DNA of 64,000 nucleotides. It comes from Octopus vulgaris (taxonomy: Eukaryota). The translations under genes were made by a program, and so were the position numbers. This document shows positions 25,060 to 39,699 of the stretch, piece after piece (position 1 is the first letter of the stretch; the number at the start of each line of letters is the position of its first letter). Location: NCBI GenBank assembly GCA_951406725.2, contig OX597822.1, positions 31,310,001 to 31,374,000 of the forward strand, in the 5' to 3' direction. The notes beneath the pieces are model-generated. The model worked only from the letters and a program-made list of their open reading frames with translations, was not told the origin of the DNA and made no database searches.

Positions 25060-26312
25060 TTTGGCAACACCGCGTGATTACTCTTCACGGTGTTGCCACA
25101 TCAGCGTCCCCTATAACTTAAGATCAAGAAGCGACGATTGGCATAAACAAGTGAACTGTGAGTGATCGTATTGCGAAATGCGTTTTATTTCTCTCGTGCG
25201 TCCTGAAAATGAGTGACCAGATTTACAAGCAACGCATTGCATTCCCCAGGTCCTTTTCAACCTTGAAAACAATGCATGTTAATCAAACTTGCTTATGGTG
25301 GGGAATGATTTAGCAAGAGCTCAAGCTTTCAAAGCCTTTTTTTAAAAAAAAAAAAAAACGAGAATAGGTTGAAGATGACCCTCGGTCTCGAAGGCCATCA
25401 ACTTCAAGAAAAGACAAAAATGTGGAACGATCCTGAGACCTCGTGCGATCTGTCCGTCCGTTAACGGTTAGATTGATTGCGGAGAATCTGAATTTGAACC
25501 ATGCGACTGATCATCAATGCTTGAACAACGGATTCGAAATGAGAAAATTCCGACCAAATTTATCACCAAAATCTCACTCCTGCGCAAAAAGATAAGAGAA
25601 AGGATGCGTGGTGTGATCTGGAACAGATTGAAAATGATCCTGTTTTTCTCAGAGCATCAGTACGAGTGGTGATCTATGGATTTTTGAGTACAATTCAGAA
25701 GCAAAACACCAAAGTTAGGAATGGCATACTTCAATCTCACTGTGGTCAAAAAAGTGAGAATGAGCAAATCGAAAATAAAAAACCATGGGCATTTTGTTTT
25801 CGAAAACAATGAAGACCTTCGATAAGAAAAATTCATGTCTAAACGACAGACAGTTAATTTGCGTTTTTGAAAGGCAGCGAAAACGTGTTGCTCGCGTGAG
25901 ACCAAATATCAAAGGTTCATTGTTACTGTACGGCGACAATGAATGCGCTTTGTCAACGACGCTTTCAATTATAGACATTTTGGCTCGGAAAAACAACCCT
26001 GTTGTCCCTCAGCCCTCATATTCGCCTGATCTGAGTCTTTGTAGCTTCTTTCCATTACCGGAATTGAGAGTTCACCTCAAAGAGCTTCATTTTGGCACGT
26101 TGTACACCATAAAAAAAGGCTGTAAGCAGCCAGTTTGAGTCCAGTCTGGTTTCTGAGAACCAGCACTATCGTGAATAGTGGGGGCAGCGTCTTGGGCGGT
26201 GTGTGGAGTTCAAGGGGAACGATTGTAAATGAGACAGGGTTGATTCGAAGTTTACCTGTACATAAAAGTGCTTGGTAAAACGTCTCTGCATGTTGTTTAG
26301 AGACCTCGAATG
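25060..26312 (+). mobile_element. Degenerate mariner transposon
   Basis: MSDQIYKQRIA; VEDDPRSRRPSTSR; LLLYGDN; QPSYSPDLSLCSFFPLPEL; many frameshifts. Subterminal hairpin tggcaacacc/ggtgttgcca near the 5' end. Confidence 0.85.
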
Positions 26313-26404
26313 TATCATGCTTCACGCTTAAAAATTGTTCTCTTTAAGGTGCTATTCCAGCACGCCCGAATTCTAATGAGTGAAGCAAGTACAAAGATAA
26401 ATAT

Positions 26405-26575
26405 ACTTTCTTTACTTTTGTTTCTTTTCTTTTTTTCTTTTTTTCTTTTTTCCCTTTTACGAGCCCTGTTGATCGAAAACCTACGCCACTTTCTTTTTTT
26501 CATCCCCCAAAAGAAAGGCTCTACCTTGTAATTTGTCCCATTTGTGTGCAGCCCTGTGTGGCGAATAAAGAAACT
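26405..26575 (+). mobile_element. Non-LTR element 3' UTR abutting (ATCT)n, copy 1
   Basis: aaaagaaaggctctac..tttgtccc..cagccctgtgtggcgAATAAAgaaa. Homologous to 27859-28053. Confidence 0.6.
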
Positions 26576-26576
26576 T

Positions 26577-26603
26577 ATCTATCTATCTATCTATCTATCT
26601 ATA

Positions 26604-26698
<95 letters not shown>

Positions 26699-26699
26699 G

Positions 26700-26774
<75 letters not shown>

Positions 26775-26792
26775 TTATCAATATATCTATCT
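26577..26792. repeat. (ATCT)n microsatellite
   Basis: Seen directly. Confidence 0.97.
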
Positions 26793-27531
26793 AGCTAGCC
26801 AATGCATACATGCAGTGAAATGGCCAGAGTAAAACTCTGTGTGTTCATGCGTGTGTCTATGTGTGTGTGTCTATAGGTGTGCTTGTATGTGTGTGTGTAG
26901 ATTTGTAGACCTAGAAATCATATATGTCTTTACCGCGAAAGAAGTGTAAAAAAAGAGAGCGGGGAGAGAAAGATGTAGGGACACGGGAGTGGAGCAGATA
27001 CTCAGACATAGCGGAATCGGTTTAGTAAGTCAAATGCGAGCGAAGACCTATTCATAACGTAGCGAATCATGTTGTTACCGTAGTAAAGATATATAATTGT
27101 TTTCTTGTTCTAAGACAACGAATTTATTTGCATAACGTTTCACCACAAATATTTGGGGAGTGATCGTAATGTTAAACGGTATATGTTATTAATAAAATGA
27201 ACAATTATGTATTTGTGATACTCTGGGAAGAAGAACAAATATATATTTGTTCATTTTATGTATACGTTTTCTAATTCATCTCTCTCAATATATATTCAAT
27301 GAATTTATAGTTGGCTTTAATAAAGTTGTTGTTTTGATTTCGGATTGTACTTACTTGGCAACTGTTGCTCTGTGTTGATATGAACGAATTCCATTCACTC
27401 ACAGATTTACTGCAGCCTATTTAAATCCACAAACATACATGTACACATTGACTTGAGCTTGAGTGAAATATGTGTTTGCAGCTGCTTGTACATGTACAAT
27501 CATAAATGTAGCTGTATACCCACCACATTAT

Positions 27532-27537
27532 ATCTGC

Positions 27538-27615
<78 letters not shown>

Positions 27616-27676
27616 GTCTGTCTGCCTGTGTGCCTGTCTATCTGTATGTCTGTCTATCTGTCTGTTTGCTTGTCTG

Positions 27677-27743
<67 letters not shown>

Positions 27744-27796
27744 GTCTGTCTATCTATCTATATATCTGTCTGTCTATCTGTCTATCTACCTATCTG

Positions 27797-27858
<62 letters not shown>
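27532..27858. repeat. (TATC/TGTC)n microsatellite
   Basis: Seen directly. Confidence 0.95.
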
Positions 27859-27860
<2 letters not shown>

Positions 27861-28053
27861 ATTTCTTACTTTTTAAAAGTTTTCTTCTGTGATACACGAT
27901 CCCTTTTGATCTCTTTTTTCTCTGATCCTGTTTGATCGGAATTTTACATTTGCTCCCTTTTTGTCCCTTTTTCTTTTCCATTTTCGAAAAGAAAAGCTCT
28001 ACATTTATATTTGTCCCCTCTATATTCAGCCCTGTGTGGCCAATAAAGTAAGT
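27859..28053 (+). mobile_element. Non-LTR element 3' UTR inside a (TATC)n array, copy 2
   Basis: gaaaagaaaagctctac..tttgtccc..cagccctgtgtggccAATAAAg. Confidence 0.6.
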
Positions 28054-28179
28054 TATGTATGTATGTATGTATGTATCTATCTATCTATCTATCTACCTGT
28101 TTGTCTGTCCGTCTATGTATCTATGTATCTATCTATCTCTGTCACTCTCTATCTCTCTCTCTATATATATATATATATT

Positions 28180-28225
<46 letters not shown>

Positions 28226-29016
28226 CCAATACTGTTTTGTATTTTTCAATGAAACCTCAATATTCGGAGGCATTCGGTGCTTCGTATCCAAGATATTAGT
28301 ATTCTGTTGCTGGAATGCAATGACTTTCGTGGATGTACTATCAAATTTATTGACGTTGAGAGCGGTTGTGGGAAGTTATTTGAGAATTTGCTGGTATTTC
28401 ATTTAATGCTTGTGCAATTTTCGTGTAAGTTCATACATCTGAATGGTGCTATTTTAAAAATTAGTTTTAGTTTATTGCTAGCTGTGTGACATACTCCATA
28501 TACCCTTTGTGGTCAGAAGAATTCCCGAACGCAGCGTAGTGTCTAGTATGAAAGGGATTTGTCTTGTTCTTGTCTGTTTAGCCACTAAATGATCTTTGTA
28601 TCTCAGAGCTTTGGACTTCGTGCTACATGTTGAGAATGTCATTGCACTTTCTCTCCCAATTATTTCCTATGTTTTTCCTCTATCAGAGGCCATAAAATAT
28701 CTCTAAAGACCTGAATTTGGTCCCCAGATTTTGCAGTCTATGGGCTTCAGACCGATTCTATGATTTCCCTTTAACTGTTGAATTTAAATGGTGATAATTC
28801 CACAGTTATACTACACGAATAGTTCTGAATAGACTTGAGAAGGTCAGTAATGTTTAAGTTTATTGTAAACGACTTATGCGCTTCCAGCCGCACACACGCA
28901 CACACATACATACATACGTACATAATATATACATACATACATACATACATGCATACATACATACATACATACATACATACATACATACATAATATATACA
29001 TATATACATACATACA

Positions 29017-29660
29017 TGATGGCTGCCCCCTCGTTATCGAGTATGGCCATTGCACGAAGCTTAACTGTTGTTGGTGCTGTGATCGAATGTGACTTGTATT
29101 TGCTTTTTAAGGCTACAGCCAGCCATTCAGTTGAGAATCACAGCACCATCAACAATCATGAACAATGTTGTTATCGTGCAATGCCTGTGCAAAAAGATTT
29201 TTTTAAAGTGAGGAAAGGCTGTGCACTGAGTCAATCCCACTCACTAAGCAACATCAGCCATAATCCGAAAAGAAGAACAAGTCAACATCATCGGAAACCA
29301 CTGAGCCGCGGGTTTTATGTCGAAGTTATCCCAGTTACTTGAGTTACCTTCTCCTAGAAGTATGCCCTAACAAAGGCTAGGAGTCCTTCACTCCCAATGG
29401 TTTAACCGCGCGATCGGGTATTCAGTCCGATTATTTCTATGTTCCCGCGCATGATACATCCTTAAGCTTTAAAAAAATAGACATTTATTGGATGGCCGTT
29501 GGCTCTCAAGAGTTCCTCCGCCCTTTGACAGGTTTTGTTTTGCATGCCGCAGGGTGTCCAATAAACACCCTCCTCACCATCAAGCTTGGTGGGGTTGCTG
29601 GTTTAGACGCCGACGGCTCGACCATGCAACAGGTTGTACTGGGTTACATGTTACCAGTAA
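29017..29660 (-). mobile_element. Non-autonomous, internally deleted RTE-like element
   Basis: Minus 5' part aaaacctgtcaaagggcggagg..ggagaaggtaactc resembles RTE 5' UTRs. 3' end ctcgataacgagggggcagccatc, then (ATGT)n. Embedded in (TACA)n. Confidence 0.55.
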
Positions 29661-30200
29661 CATACATACATACATACATAAGTATGAATACACACACACA
29701 CACACACACACACATCCACCACGAACATATATTCATGTACAGGCATAAACGGAGAGGAAAAGATTGAGTGAGAGAACACAGCGTAGAGAGAGACTAGTTA
29801 TTTCATAACTCGCAGTACAGCGAGGGAGAAACAAATAATGCAAAATTACATAAACCACATTACCGCTGGCCTCTAAGTTTTATGAGTTAAATAATGTGAT
29901 TAATATAACAAATAAACATAACTCTTAACATTTATAAGAAAAAAACAGAAAGAAAGATTTGTTCAAATTCTATGTCCCAGTAATTTAGTACAGAGTTCAT
30001 TACAGTTTAAAGATAAAAGCCATTATTAAATGAATTATTATATATCTGAGGTTTTTGGAAAGATAACAATTACAGAATTGTTTATTTCATTAACACATTT
30101 TGATTTTCCTCTCCCACAAGTTTTAGCGAAAGACATTATAAATATTATTTATGAAGTTCACGATTCATAAATTAAATAAATTGCACTGAGATCATAAGGT

Positions 30201-30252
<52 letters not shown>

Positions 30253-30254
<2 letters not shown>

Positions 30255-31041
30255 TGCGAATTTGTCAGGAGGCCTTCAGAAAAGCGAAACGACCCATGTT
30301 ACACGACGAAAACAGTGACGTTTGCGGGTAAGAAACTGATGTTTTGGGAATACATAAACAGTGATGGTTCAAGAAAGTTGGTAAAAATTGATTGTAACTC
30401 AATTGTGGCTAGTACATCCAATTACTGAAGGACAATTTGATAACAGCCAAGGACGAAGGTGAGATTTTTCAGCATGACAGAACTCCACACCACAGATCGC
30501 GTCCAATACAACAGAGTCTGTCTGATGAAAGGTGTTACCGTATTGAAGGATTGGCCAGCTCAGAGTTCTGACTTAAATATCATCGAACAAATGTGGACAG
30601 AACTAAAGAGAAGGATTCGTCACATGAATCCATGCACCTAGGCCTTGGAGAATGCCATCACATACCTGTGAAGGATTTGTATGCATCTCTTTCTAGGCGC
30701 ACTGAATCAATTATTCAAGCTAACAATGTACAGTAACTTCTTGAAAGAAACATTATCTAATAAATTTACATTATAGACACTTTTGTTTTAAAACACTCTA
30801 TCTTGATTGGTTTATGTGATGTTGCCGAAAACTTTTGCATGGCCAATTTTGGTGGTCGTCCCTCATTTGTCCCTCTCATTCAGAACCCCTACTACAAAAT
30901 ATAATGATTAGATATAGAAATGAGTCCACCAGGGCCAATGTTTCATCTGTAAAAGACGCAATGCGAAACATACACTTATGAGTTAGTATTTAGTAGAAAT
31001 TTAGAATAGCTTAAAGTGGCCGAATATTTTGCATGGTACTG
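30253..31041 (+). mobile_element. Tc1-family transposon, 3' half with IR/DR end
   Basis: YTTKTV..KLMFW; FQHD; DWPAQSSDLNIIEQMW. Direct repeats at 30821-44 and 31016-41. Ends ..TACTG|TA. Confidence 0.88.
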
Positions 31042-32240
31042 TAGATAACAGCTTCAAATGGATAAGTAGTGACGAGTGAAAATTGTATTGGCTCCAGAAA
31101 CCAATCTGATATTGTGGCATATAAGCTTTCGGCGGAAAAAGAGGGTATTAGTGCGTATAGAAATTTAAACCACTCTTTTCACATTCCCGATATGTGTGCT
31201 AAACGATTGCGCCAAACTATCACCTATTCCATTCCGTTAGATTTAACTGCTATAATTTCACCGTCTAGATATCATCGCTTAGCACACTTATCGTAATTAT
31301 AAGATGGTGGGTTCGATTTCCATGCGTCCTAATACCGACCTCTATTCCGTCGAGGGCTTATATGCCCCAATATTAGACTCCTTTCTTAAGACTATACTTG
31401 GACATCGCTTATAAGCTGTAAGCTTAGATTTCTTGCTATAATATACAGAATGTATACTTGCATATGTATATGTATACACTCCTGTTTGCATGTAAATATG
31501 TGTGTGTATATATACATACACACGTTTTTGTTCGTGAGCTTAAAAAAGGTAATATACTATCATGAATTTACTTCAATGCAACCATTCTCAATTTTACTGT
31601 ACTTAGATTAACTCAGTTGCCAAACAGTTACAAGGTCAAAATAAAACGAGTTCGTTCCTAAGAATATACTTCAATTTATAGAGTAAACATCGAGGAAGCT
31701 GAATCAGAATTCTATTAATAAAATGAACAATTATACATCTGTTTTGCTTCCAAAAACATTACAAATACAAATTCGGAACTTTATTAATAACATTTAACGG
31801 TAAAAATCTTGCGATGTATGCTCCAAATAGTTTTGATGAGAATTTAGCCAAGTATATATATTTGCCTTAGAACAGGGTAACAATTATATTTTTATGCAAC
31901 GTTAATCAGATGATTCATAGCATAAGAAGTTTCGGTTACCTTTCAATTCATTTATACATTAAAAAGAAAATACTTGTTACCCTCAACCACTTCTTAGCTG
32001 CTTGAATTAACTCCGTCTTTATTACAAACATACGCACAATATGTGTTTGTGTGGATGTGTGTGATGTGTGAGTGTGCATGTGTGTGTCTGTATATATGCG
32101 TGTGCCCGTTCTTATGTATGTATATATATATATATATATATGCAAGTTTATGTGTATGTGTTTAAATAGATATGTCTATATGTGTGTATATAAGCATGAA
32201 TATGTATGTATATATGTATGTATGTATTAATGGTTATGTG

Positions 32241-32283
<43 letters not shown>

Positions 32284-32289
<6 letters not shown>

Positions 32290-33050
32290 GTCGGACAACA
32301 TAATGGAAACACATTCTCAATGTTTTGTTAAATGCTTAACATATTAGAATGTCGTAGTTTAGTTTTAAAAATAAGTCTAGTTAATCCTTTAGATTTTAAG
32401 CCACATCATATTGTAATTCCTGGTGAATTAATATGATCTTCATCCATAAAATGCGGTTTCTCCGGTCCACAATTTTATCTGATATTCGAGGCGTTCAATT
32501 TAAACGTTGAAAGTGGCTATCTTCTACACATCGAAAAATTCTCAAAATGCCACGTTTTCATCTGAATTATCTTCATTAAGAAGAGGGACGATTCGTGAAG
32601 TGGACATTTTTTAATGACAAGAGCTTTAAAATGCGATGACCGCTTGCTTTTGAAATTCCTATTTCACGATTAGCTTGCCAACCAGATTTTCAGGAACTCT
32701 AGCAATACTTTTGCCCCTATAATTCTTACTTACTGGGATTGTCACTGTTTTCCCGGAACATTATTCGTCAAAATTCTGAAAAGTTGTGATTGCTTCATGC
32801 TTATCTCTAATTAGAGAAATTCTCATTCACATACATTGATCTATTTGAACTTACTCCAAGATTGCTTTTTGTACTTCGACTACGTTCTCAAATTGCCAGT
32901 GACAGCTTAGGTTAAATTTCATTTTCTCAGGTTATCTTCATTGTTTCTCATGTCTTAAAACTAAAATGACGTGGACATTAAGTGAGTTATCAGCTCTGAA
33001 ATTGCGCATGTATATTTCGGTGGAAATATCTTGCATATATATGATATATT
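32284..33050. mobile_element. Degenerate Tc1-like element
   Basis: TIR-like TAGGGGTCGGACAACATAATGGAAACAC next to (TA)n; interior decayed. Confidence 0.45.
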
Positions 33051-33053
33051 TGT

Positions 33054-33335
33054 GACATAAACAGATCAACATCGGTTGTCAAACGATAGTGGTGGGACAA
33101 AGATAGACACGAAGACACACACTCACACATACACACATACATATATATACATATATAGACATATAAATGTACACGACGGGCTTCTTTCAGTTTCCATTTA
33201 CCGAATCTACTCACAAGGCTTTAATCGGTCCAAGGCTACAGCAGAAGACACTTTCCCAAAGTAATACGCAGTGGAGTGAACTCAGAACCATGTGGTTAGG
33301 AAGTAAGCTTCATACCACACAATCACGCCTGCGCC
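33054..33335 (-). mobile_element. SINE family 1, 3'-truncated
   Basis: Reverse complement of the head and body of 36826-37196. Confidence 0.85.
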
Positions 33336-34233
33336 TAATATTCATCTTTCTCGGGTAATACTGAATCCAAATACAATTTTGTTGGTGAAAATTCGAAATA
33401 AAACTGGAATTGTCAAGTCTACATTCCAGCGATTAACGTTACTTCACTGATTTCGGTTATCTTTCGAAATTTTGTAAATTATTTCCCTTGGTTAGTAATT
33501 TTCGTTAACGTATATCTCATTTAAATTTTTATTTTTAATATTCACAAATTATTTTCGACTTGAGTACTGTAGCTTGGTTTTAGAACATGTTTATTTTTTC
33601 CTAAATGCACACGAAAAAGACAATGGAGTACATTTCAGCTATTGGCTCTATGGAGCGTATCTATGCTACATTGGCTGTAAAGTTTCTTACTGTTTTGTAG
33701 GTACATATCTACCATAATTTTCGGCTAGTTTTCAAGTCATCTTATTGTTCATGGATAGCTTATCTAAGACTAACTTATCCAAGGTGACATTTATTTCAGG
33801 TATTAGCATGTTGTTTACGTAATATATTACATCTCCTAGGCGCCTCGTTCCAGACTCATCGAAATTTGAATATCAAACGTATAGAAGGACCATGCGAGAA
33901 ATGTTCTTTTTGAGCAGAAGAGAAATTTTCGCCAAACAATTTGTTTTTTTGCATCAATGTTTTATACTTACATTTTAGCGGACACTCGTTGTTATGTAAG
34001 TATTTTATTTTTAATATATTTCTTGTTACCTATCTCCACAAAAAAACAGAGTTATTGACCACATCTAAAAGAGTCAGCATTAATTGTGTGCTTCTTTTAG
34101 ATGTGGATGAGTTAAAGGTGGATAATAAGGCGCTTATATTTCTAGGAATATATATTTTGTCACGTAAAGAGAATGATTTAAAATAAACGGTCATATAATT
34201 TTACATACGTACATACGTACATACACACACAAA

Positions 34234-34282
<49 letters not shown>

Positions 34283-34323
34283 ATAGATGTATGCATTTAC
34301 ATACATATATACATACATGCATA

Positions 34324-34380
<57 letters not shown>

Positions 34381-34553
34381 AATGTGGAGTATTTCCAATT
34401 GTGGAGTGACGCTAATCGTACTATCGATCAAATTCTCCGATGCAGAGTTCAAATTCAGGTCGAATCAGTTGAAAATAGCAATATGATTCCTTTTGTGAGG
34501 AAGTCTACCATATCACGACAATTCGAAGAAAATCGAATCTGAGAATGCGTATG

Positions 34554-34605
<52 letters not shown>

Positions 34606-34983
34606 TATATATATATGTATTGTGTGCGTGTGTGTGTGTGTGTGTGTGTGCGCGCGAATGTGTGTGTATGTACGCCTGTGTGGATTTTTATGCGTGTGAT
34701 TGCGAGTGCATGAATGAGGAGAAAATAATCAATAAAGAAGTAGTGTGAGAATGAAATAAAAAAAAATAGAACAAAAACGTAAATGGTGTAAAAGAAAACA
34801 AACTAAAAATATTGGCTTATGATATATTATACTCTACGTTATGTAATGCAGTTTGTTCTATTATGTTTTATTCTGTGAAGTCTGCCTTTTCATCTGTCAA
34901 TAACATGTGATTCAATGTAATCGCAGATGATGATAATTGCAACGTACCCGATATATATATATATATACATATATGCTTGCTAT

Positions 34984-35104
<121 letters not shown>

Positions 35105-35109
35105 TTGCG

Positions 35110-35140
<31 letters not shown>

Positions 35141-36132
35141 ATCTATATATATATATATATAGACATACACAAACACACACATAAATACATGCATATATGC
35201 GTGTATGTATGTATTTATGTCAGTGTGTGTATGTGTGCGTGTATATGAGGCAGCCTTACGCAGACAAAGAATTCCAAAATACTTTCATCTTTAAAATATT
35301 TGAATTCGATTGTATATCACTTGTTGAAGTTTCGGTTTGCTAGTATGTACGTTCATTCTTTCTTAATAAACACGCTTCCAAATCCCTCGGGGCGAAAATT
35401 TCGTTTAAGCAGGACTTCCATTCTTAAAAAGAAAAGGAAAAAGAAACGAGAAAAATAAAACAACAACTACAAAGCAATCGGCATTTGTATATTCGATCCT
35501 AATTAGGATTTCTTTCTTGCTTTCACACACCAAAGTAGGATACATTTCAAATGAATGTCTTATCGGAATTGATTTTGTTCAACAGAAAAAAACCATACGA
35601 CGAATTCAAACACTGAAATTTCTTTATAAAATACTACTGAAAATTCTCTTTGTCACTTTCTGCTTTGTATAAATACCTATTCGATGTGGATGTCGTGTCA
35701 CGACAGATGAAGAAAAAATATTGAATTTATTATATCACCATTAGTATTTTTACAAATGTTAGTATGAAATATTCCTTACATATTCCAGTTATATTTCTGT
35801 ATGCAACTCTGTATACGTCGATCCTTTGTATTAAAGACTTTTTATCTTGTAGAAGGTGTTTCCTGCTGTCATATTTATGCAAATGACACGACCCGAAATA
35901 TGAATTCTTTCATATTTAATTCATATATATATCAAAAGTGCTTTTTGTTCTTGAGGTTCTTCTCACAAGAATTAGTTTTGATGATGATATTGACATTTAA
36001 GGCGGTGGTTTTCTTCGAAATAAAGTATTAGATATCATTTTACATGTCTATAACTCTTTTGTTAGACTTGGCGGTGCTACAAACGTTTTCTTAGAAATAA
36101 AGAAATAAAGATTGTAAATGCTTATGTTTATA

Positions 36133-36222
<90 letters not shown>

Positions 36223-36279
36223 CATATATATATATATTTGTGTATGTGTATAGGTATATGTATACACATTTATATATAA

Positions 36280-36310
<31 letters not shown>

Positions 36311-36335
36311 CATACATATATATATATGTATACAC

Positions 36336-36399
<64 letters not shown>

Positions 36400-36825
36400 G
36401 TGTGTGTGTGTTAACACTGCGTGTGTACATGCGCATGTAGTGACAGATTCAATAGATTCTTTCTGCAACAGAAACCAACCTCTAGGAGTGTCTTGCATTC
36501 GAAAAGATTTCACCCAATTGTTGATTATGATAAGCAAATATGTCACCTGATATCCTTCGATCTCTATTGTAATATCAAAAATACTGTCAGAAGACGGTAA
36601 TGCCTGCTTTCCTTTGATTTCCTGAAATGTATTCTATATTCGGAAAAAATCCATACAAAGAGGCACGCATTATATATTTATGTATGTATTTATGTATGTA
36701 TGCATATATGTATATATGTATATAGTATATATATATATATATATATCGTCATTCATATAAGTGTGTTCATATAAATACATACATATATATATGTATCTCT
36801 ATATGTATATATATATATACATATA

Positions 36826-37194
36826 GGCGCAGGAGTGGCTGTGTGGTAAGTAGCTTGCTAACCAACCACACGGTTGCGGGTTCAGTCCCACTGCGTGGCA
36901 TCTTGGGCAAGTGTCTTCTGCTATAGCTCCGGGCCGACCAATGCCTTGTGAGTGGATTTGGTAGACGGAAACTGAAAGAAGCCTGTCGTATATGTGTATA
37001 TATGTGTATATGTGTGTTTGTGTGTCTGTGTTTGTCCCCCTAGCATTGCTTGACAACCGATGCTGGTGTGTTTATGTCCCCGTCACTTAGCGGTTCGGCA
37101 AAAAGAGACCGATAGAATAAGTACTAAAAGGTGGTGCTCCAGCATGGCCGCAGTCAAATGACTGAAACAAGTAAAAGAGTAAAGAGTAAAAGAG

Positions 37195-37196
<2 letters not shown>
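36826..37196 (+). mobile_element. SINE family 1
   Basis: Near-identical to the reverse complement of 56376-56776, apart from a deletion before the tail. Confidence 0.92.
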
Positions 37197-37229
<33 letters not shown>

Positions 37230-37749
37230 CTGAAATAGGCCCATTCATCTCAACGAACGTATATAGCATACATTATTATATAATGAATATATCACGTAAA
37301 ATACACCAGATGTATCCACATGTGAGCTTTATATTTCCAGTAATTTATTGATTCTCTTCTACATGTATATGATCTTGCCTACGTACATATATTACTAGGA
37401 TTTAATACAAATAACATAATAAAGAAGCGCATATTGTCATAAACCTGTAAATTTATGAACGCGAAAGGGGATAACGTGGTACTTAAATGAATAATGAAGG
37501 CTACGGTTGGACTCCTTTGTATCAAAATTCCATATGACTAGATTTCACCTCAGAGTACGCAGTAAAAGTATCAAACACCCACGCATACACACACACACGC
37601 ACACACACACACACACACAAGCACACGCGCTTGCACGCACACACACTCACACTCTTTCAAAGATAAAACACGTACATACATTTGCATGCTTGTTTGTATA
37701 TGTGCATATTTTGTTCGGCTATTTCTGTATATAAATTTACGCACGCCCA

Positions 37750-37766
37750 TAGATAGATAGATACAC

Positions 37767-37861
<95 letters not shown>

Positions 37862-37876
37862 CATATAGATAGATAG
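37750..37876. repeat. (GATA)n microsatellite
   Basis: Seen directly. Confidence 0.97.
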
Positions 37877-38007
37877 TTATGTTTGTGTGTCTGTATGTAT
37901 ATACATACTGCCACATATGGGTATAAACATATAAATATGTGAACTGGTATTTTTGTGCATTAAAATGAAAATATGTATCTATAACTGCAGGTGTGTATAT
38001 ATGCACA

Positions 38008-38063
<56 letters not shown>

Positions 38064-38066
<3 letters not shown>

Positions 38067-38114
38067 CCAGCATGGCCACAGCTCGTGAGCTGAAACTAGA
38101 TAAAATAAAATAAA

Positions 38115-38116
<2 letters not shown>
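38064..38116 (+). mobile_element. Extremely 5'-truncated LINE tail inside (TA)n
   Basis: ccccagcatggccaCAGCTCgtGAGCTGaaactaga(taaaa)n matches the tail at 39012-39060. Confidence 0.7.
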
Positions 38117-38159
<43 letters not shown>

Positions 38160-38308
38160 TATATATATATATATACCATTTATATGTGTGTCTGTGTATG
38201 TGTTTTTGTACATGCATACATACATGTACATGTTTATGTATGCATGCATCCATACATGTACGTGAAGAATACATCCTATTGTCCGTTAATTTGCTCATGA
38301 ATGCGTAT

Positions 38309-38337
38309 GTCAGCCCTTCGGGTTGCTGACTTCCTAG
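38309..38337 (+). mobile_element. Helitron-like 3' terminus
   Basis: Hairpin gtcagc-cc-ttcg-gg-tt-gctgac, then ttcCTAG|T. Confidence 0.45.
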
Positions 38338-38648
38338 TACCCTATATCTAATTCAAGAAGAACAATAAGTCTCCTACATTCATTGATTGCCGTAGAGATA
38401 TATGCCTAATACGAAAACCGTGATTTCTAATTTCCTATTAGTGCACATTCTTTGAAATTGTACGTTTATGAGACCTTCATAAATATATAAAGCGCATATG
38501 AAACATTCTGTCACAGGGAGTGACATAAATTTGTCATGCATAAAGTGTCCTTGTGTATGCATGCATGCATATATATACTCAACCCCTCCTCTCTCTCTCT
38601 ATATCTATATATATATATATATATACACACACACATACACACACACAC

Positions 38649-38709
<61 letters not shown>

Positions 38710-39011
38710 TTTATATATATATATGTGTATGTACGTATTAGAGATATAGATAGAGCAGCAATTCGCAATGTAATGCGTTGCTTAGCTGATGGTGAGATTC
38801 TAGCGAACATAATGTCTCTTTGGGGAATAATTCCTATGTAACACTGAAAGTTAAATTATTCAAATCTTCAGAAATATAAAAAACAAATATACATACATAA
38901 TACATACACGCACAGATATATATACACACTCAAAAGGATATAAATGTGCATGCATTCTCACACATCGAATCTCCATCTCTCTCCGTCTCTCCATATATAT
39001 ATATATATATA

Positions 39012-39368
39012 TTGTTTTTGTTTCAGCTCAGAGCTGCAGCCATGCTGATGCACCGCCTTTGTTTGCTACACTGTTATTACTAAGAGCTTCGTCTAATATG
39101 TGGCACTTGATGAAGAATGGAGTTTGATATAGCTACTCTCATTTGCACCGCTTGCCGTGAGGTCGGTTCATCTGGGACTCTCGACAGGAAGATGTCCAGC
39201 TTTCATTTAAAAACCGCTACATCTACTTTGTGCAGGATCCTCAGAATCTTTGGGCGAATATTAAAAAGCTGTGGGCCCTTGAAACCCAGGCTGTTGTAGT
39301 AGCTGGTCCTGAAGCGTGATGGCATTACTGGGATCATAGTCACTATGCTGTGTCGTCCCGTTCTAGGA
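39012..39368 (-). mobile_element. CR1-group LINE 3' end
   Basis: RTGRH..NSLGFKGPQLFNI.P..LR..FK*KLDIFLSRVPDEPT..AISNSILHQ, then 3' UTR and tail. Confidence 0.85.
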
Positions 39369-39378
39369 TATATATATG

Positions 39379-39429
<51 letters not shown>

Positions 39430-39699
39430 TTATGACTGGGCACATTTCACTGTGTGTATATGAGATAACGAGTACGTTTACATCTGTGTATGTATGCAAC
39501 AATCCCGGTCGCCTACCGTGAAATAGAAAAAGAACTTTTGTCAGTTTATCGTACGAAAATAATACCCAGCTCTCCGTCTCAATAAACCACTATTGTCCCT
39601 TAAAGTTGTGCCTTATATTTACAACAGAAGTAGCTTGAAGCTAACTTTGTACCTTCACCTGGATCCCTGGATCTTATTTACACACACACACACATTTCT

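Noticed and set aside
28230-28720. Possible minus-strand PLE endonuclease remnant
   Set aside because: Only a vague FIEKYK-like end; no reliable motifs.
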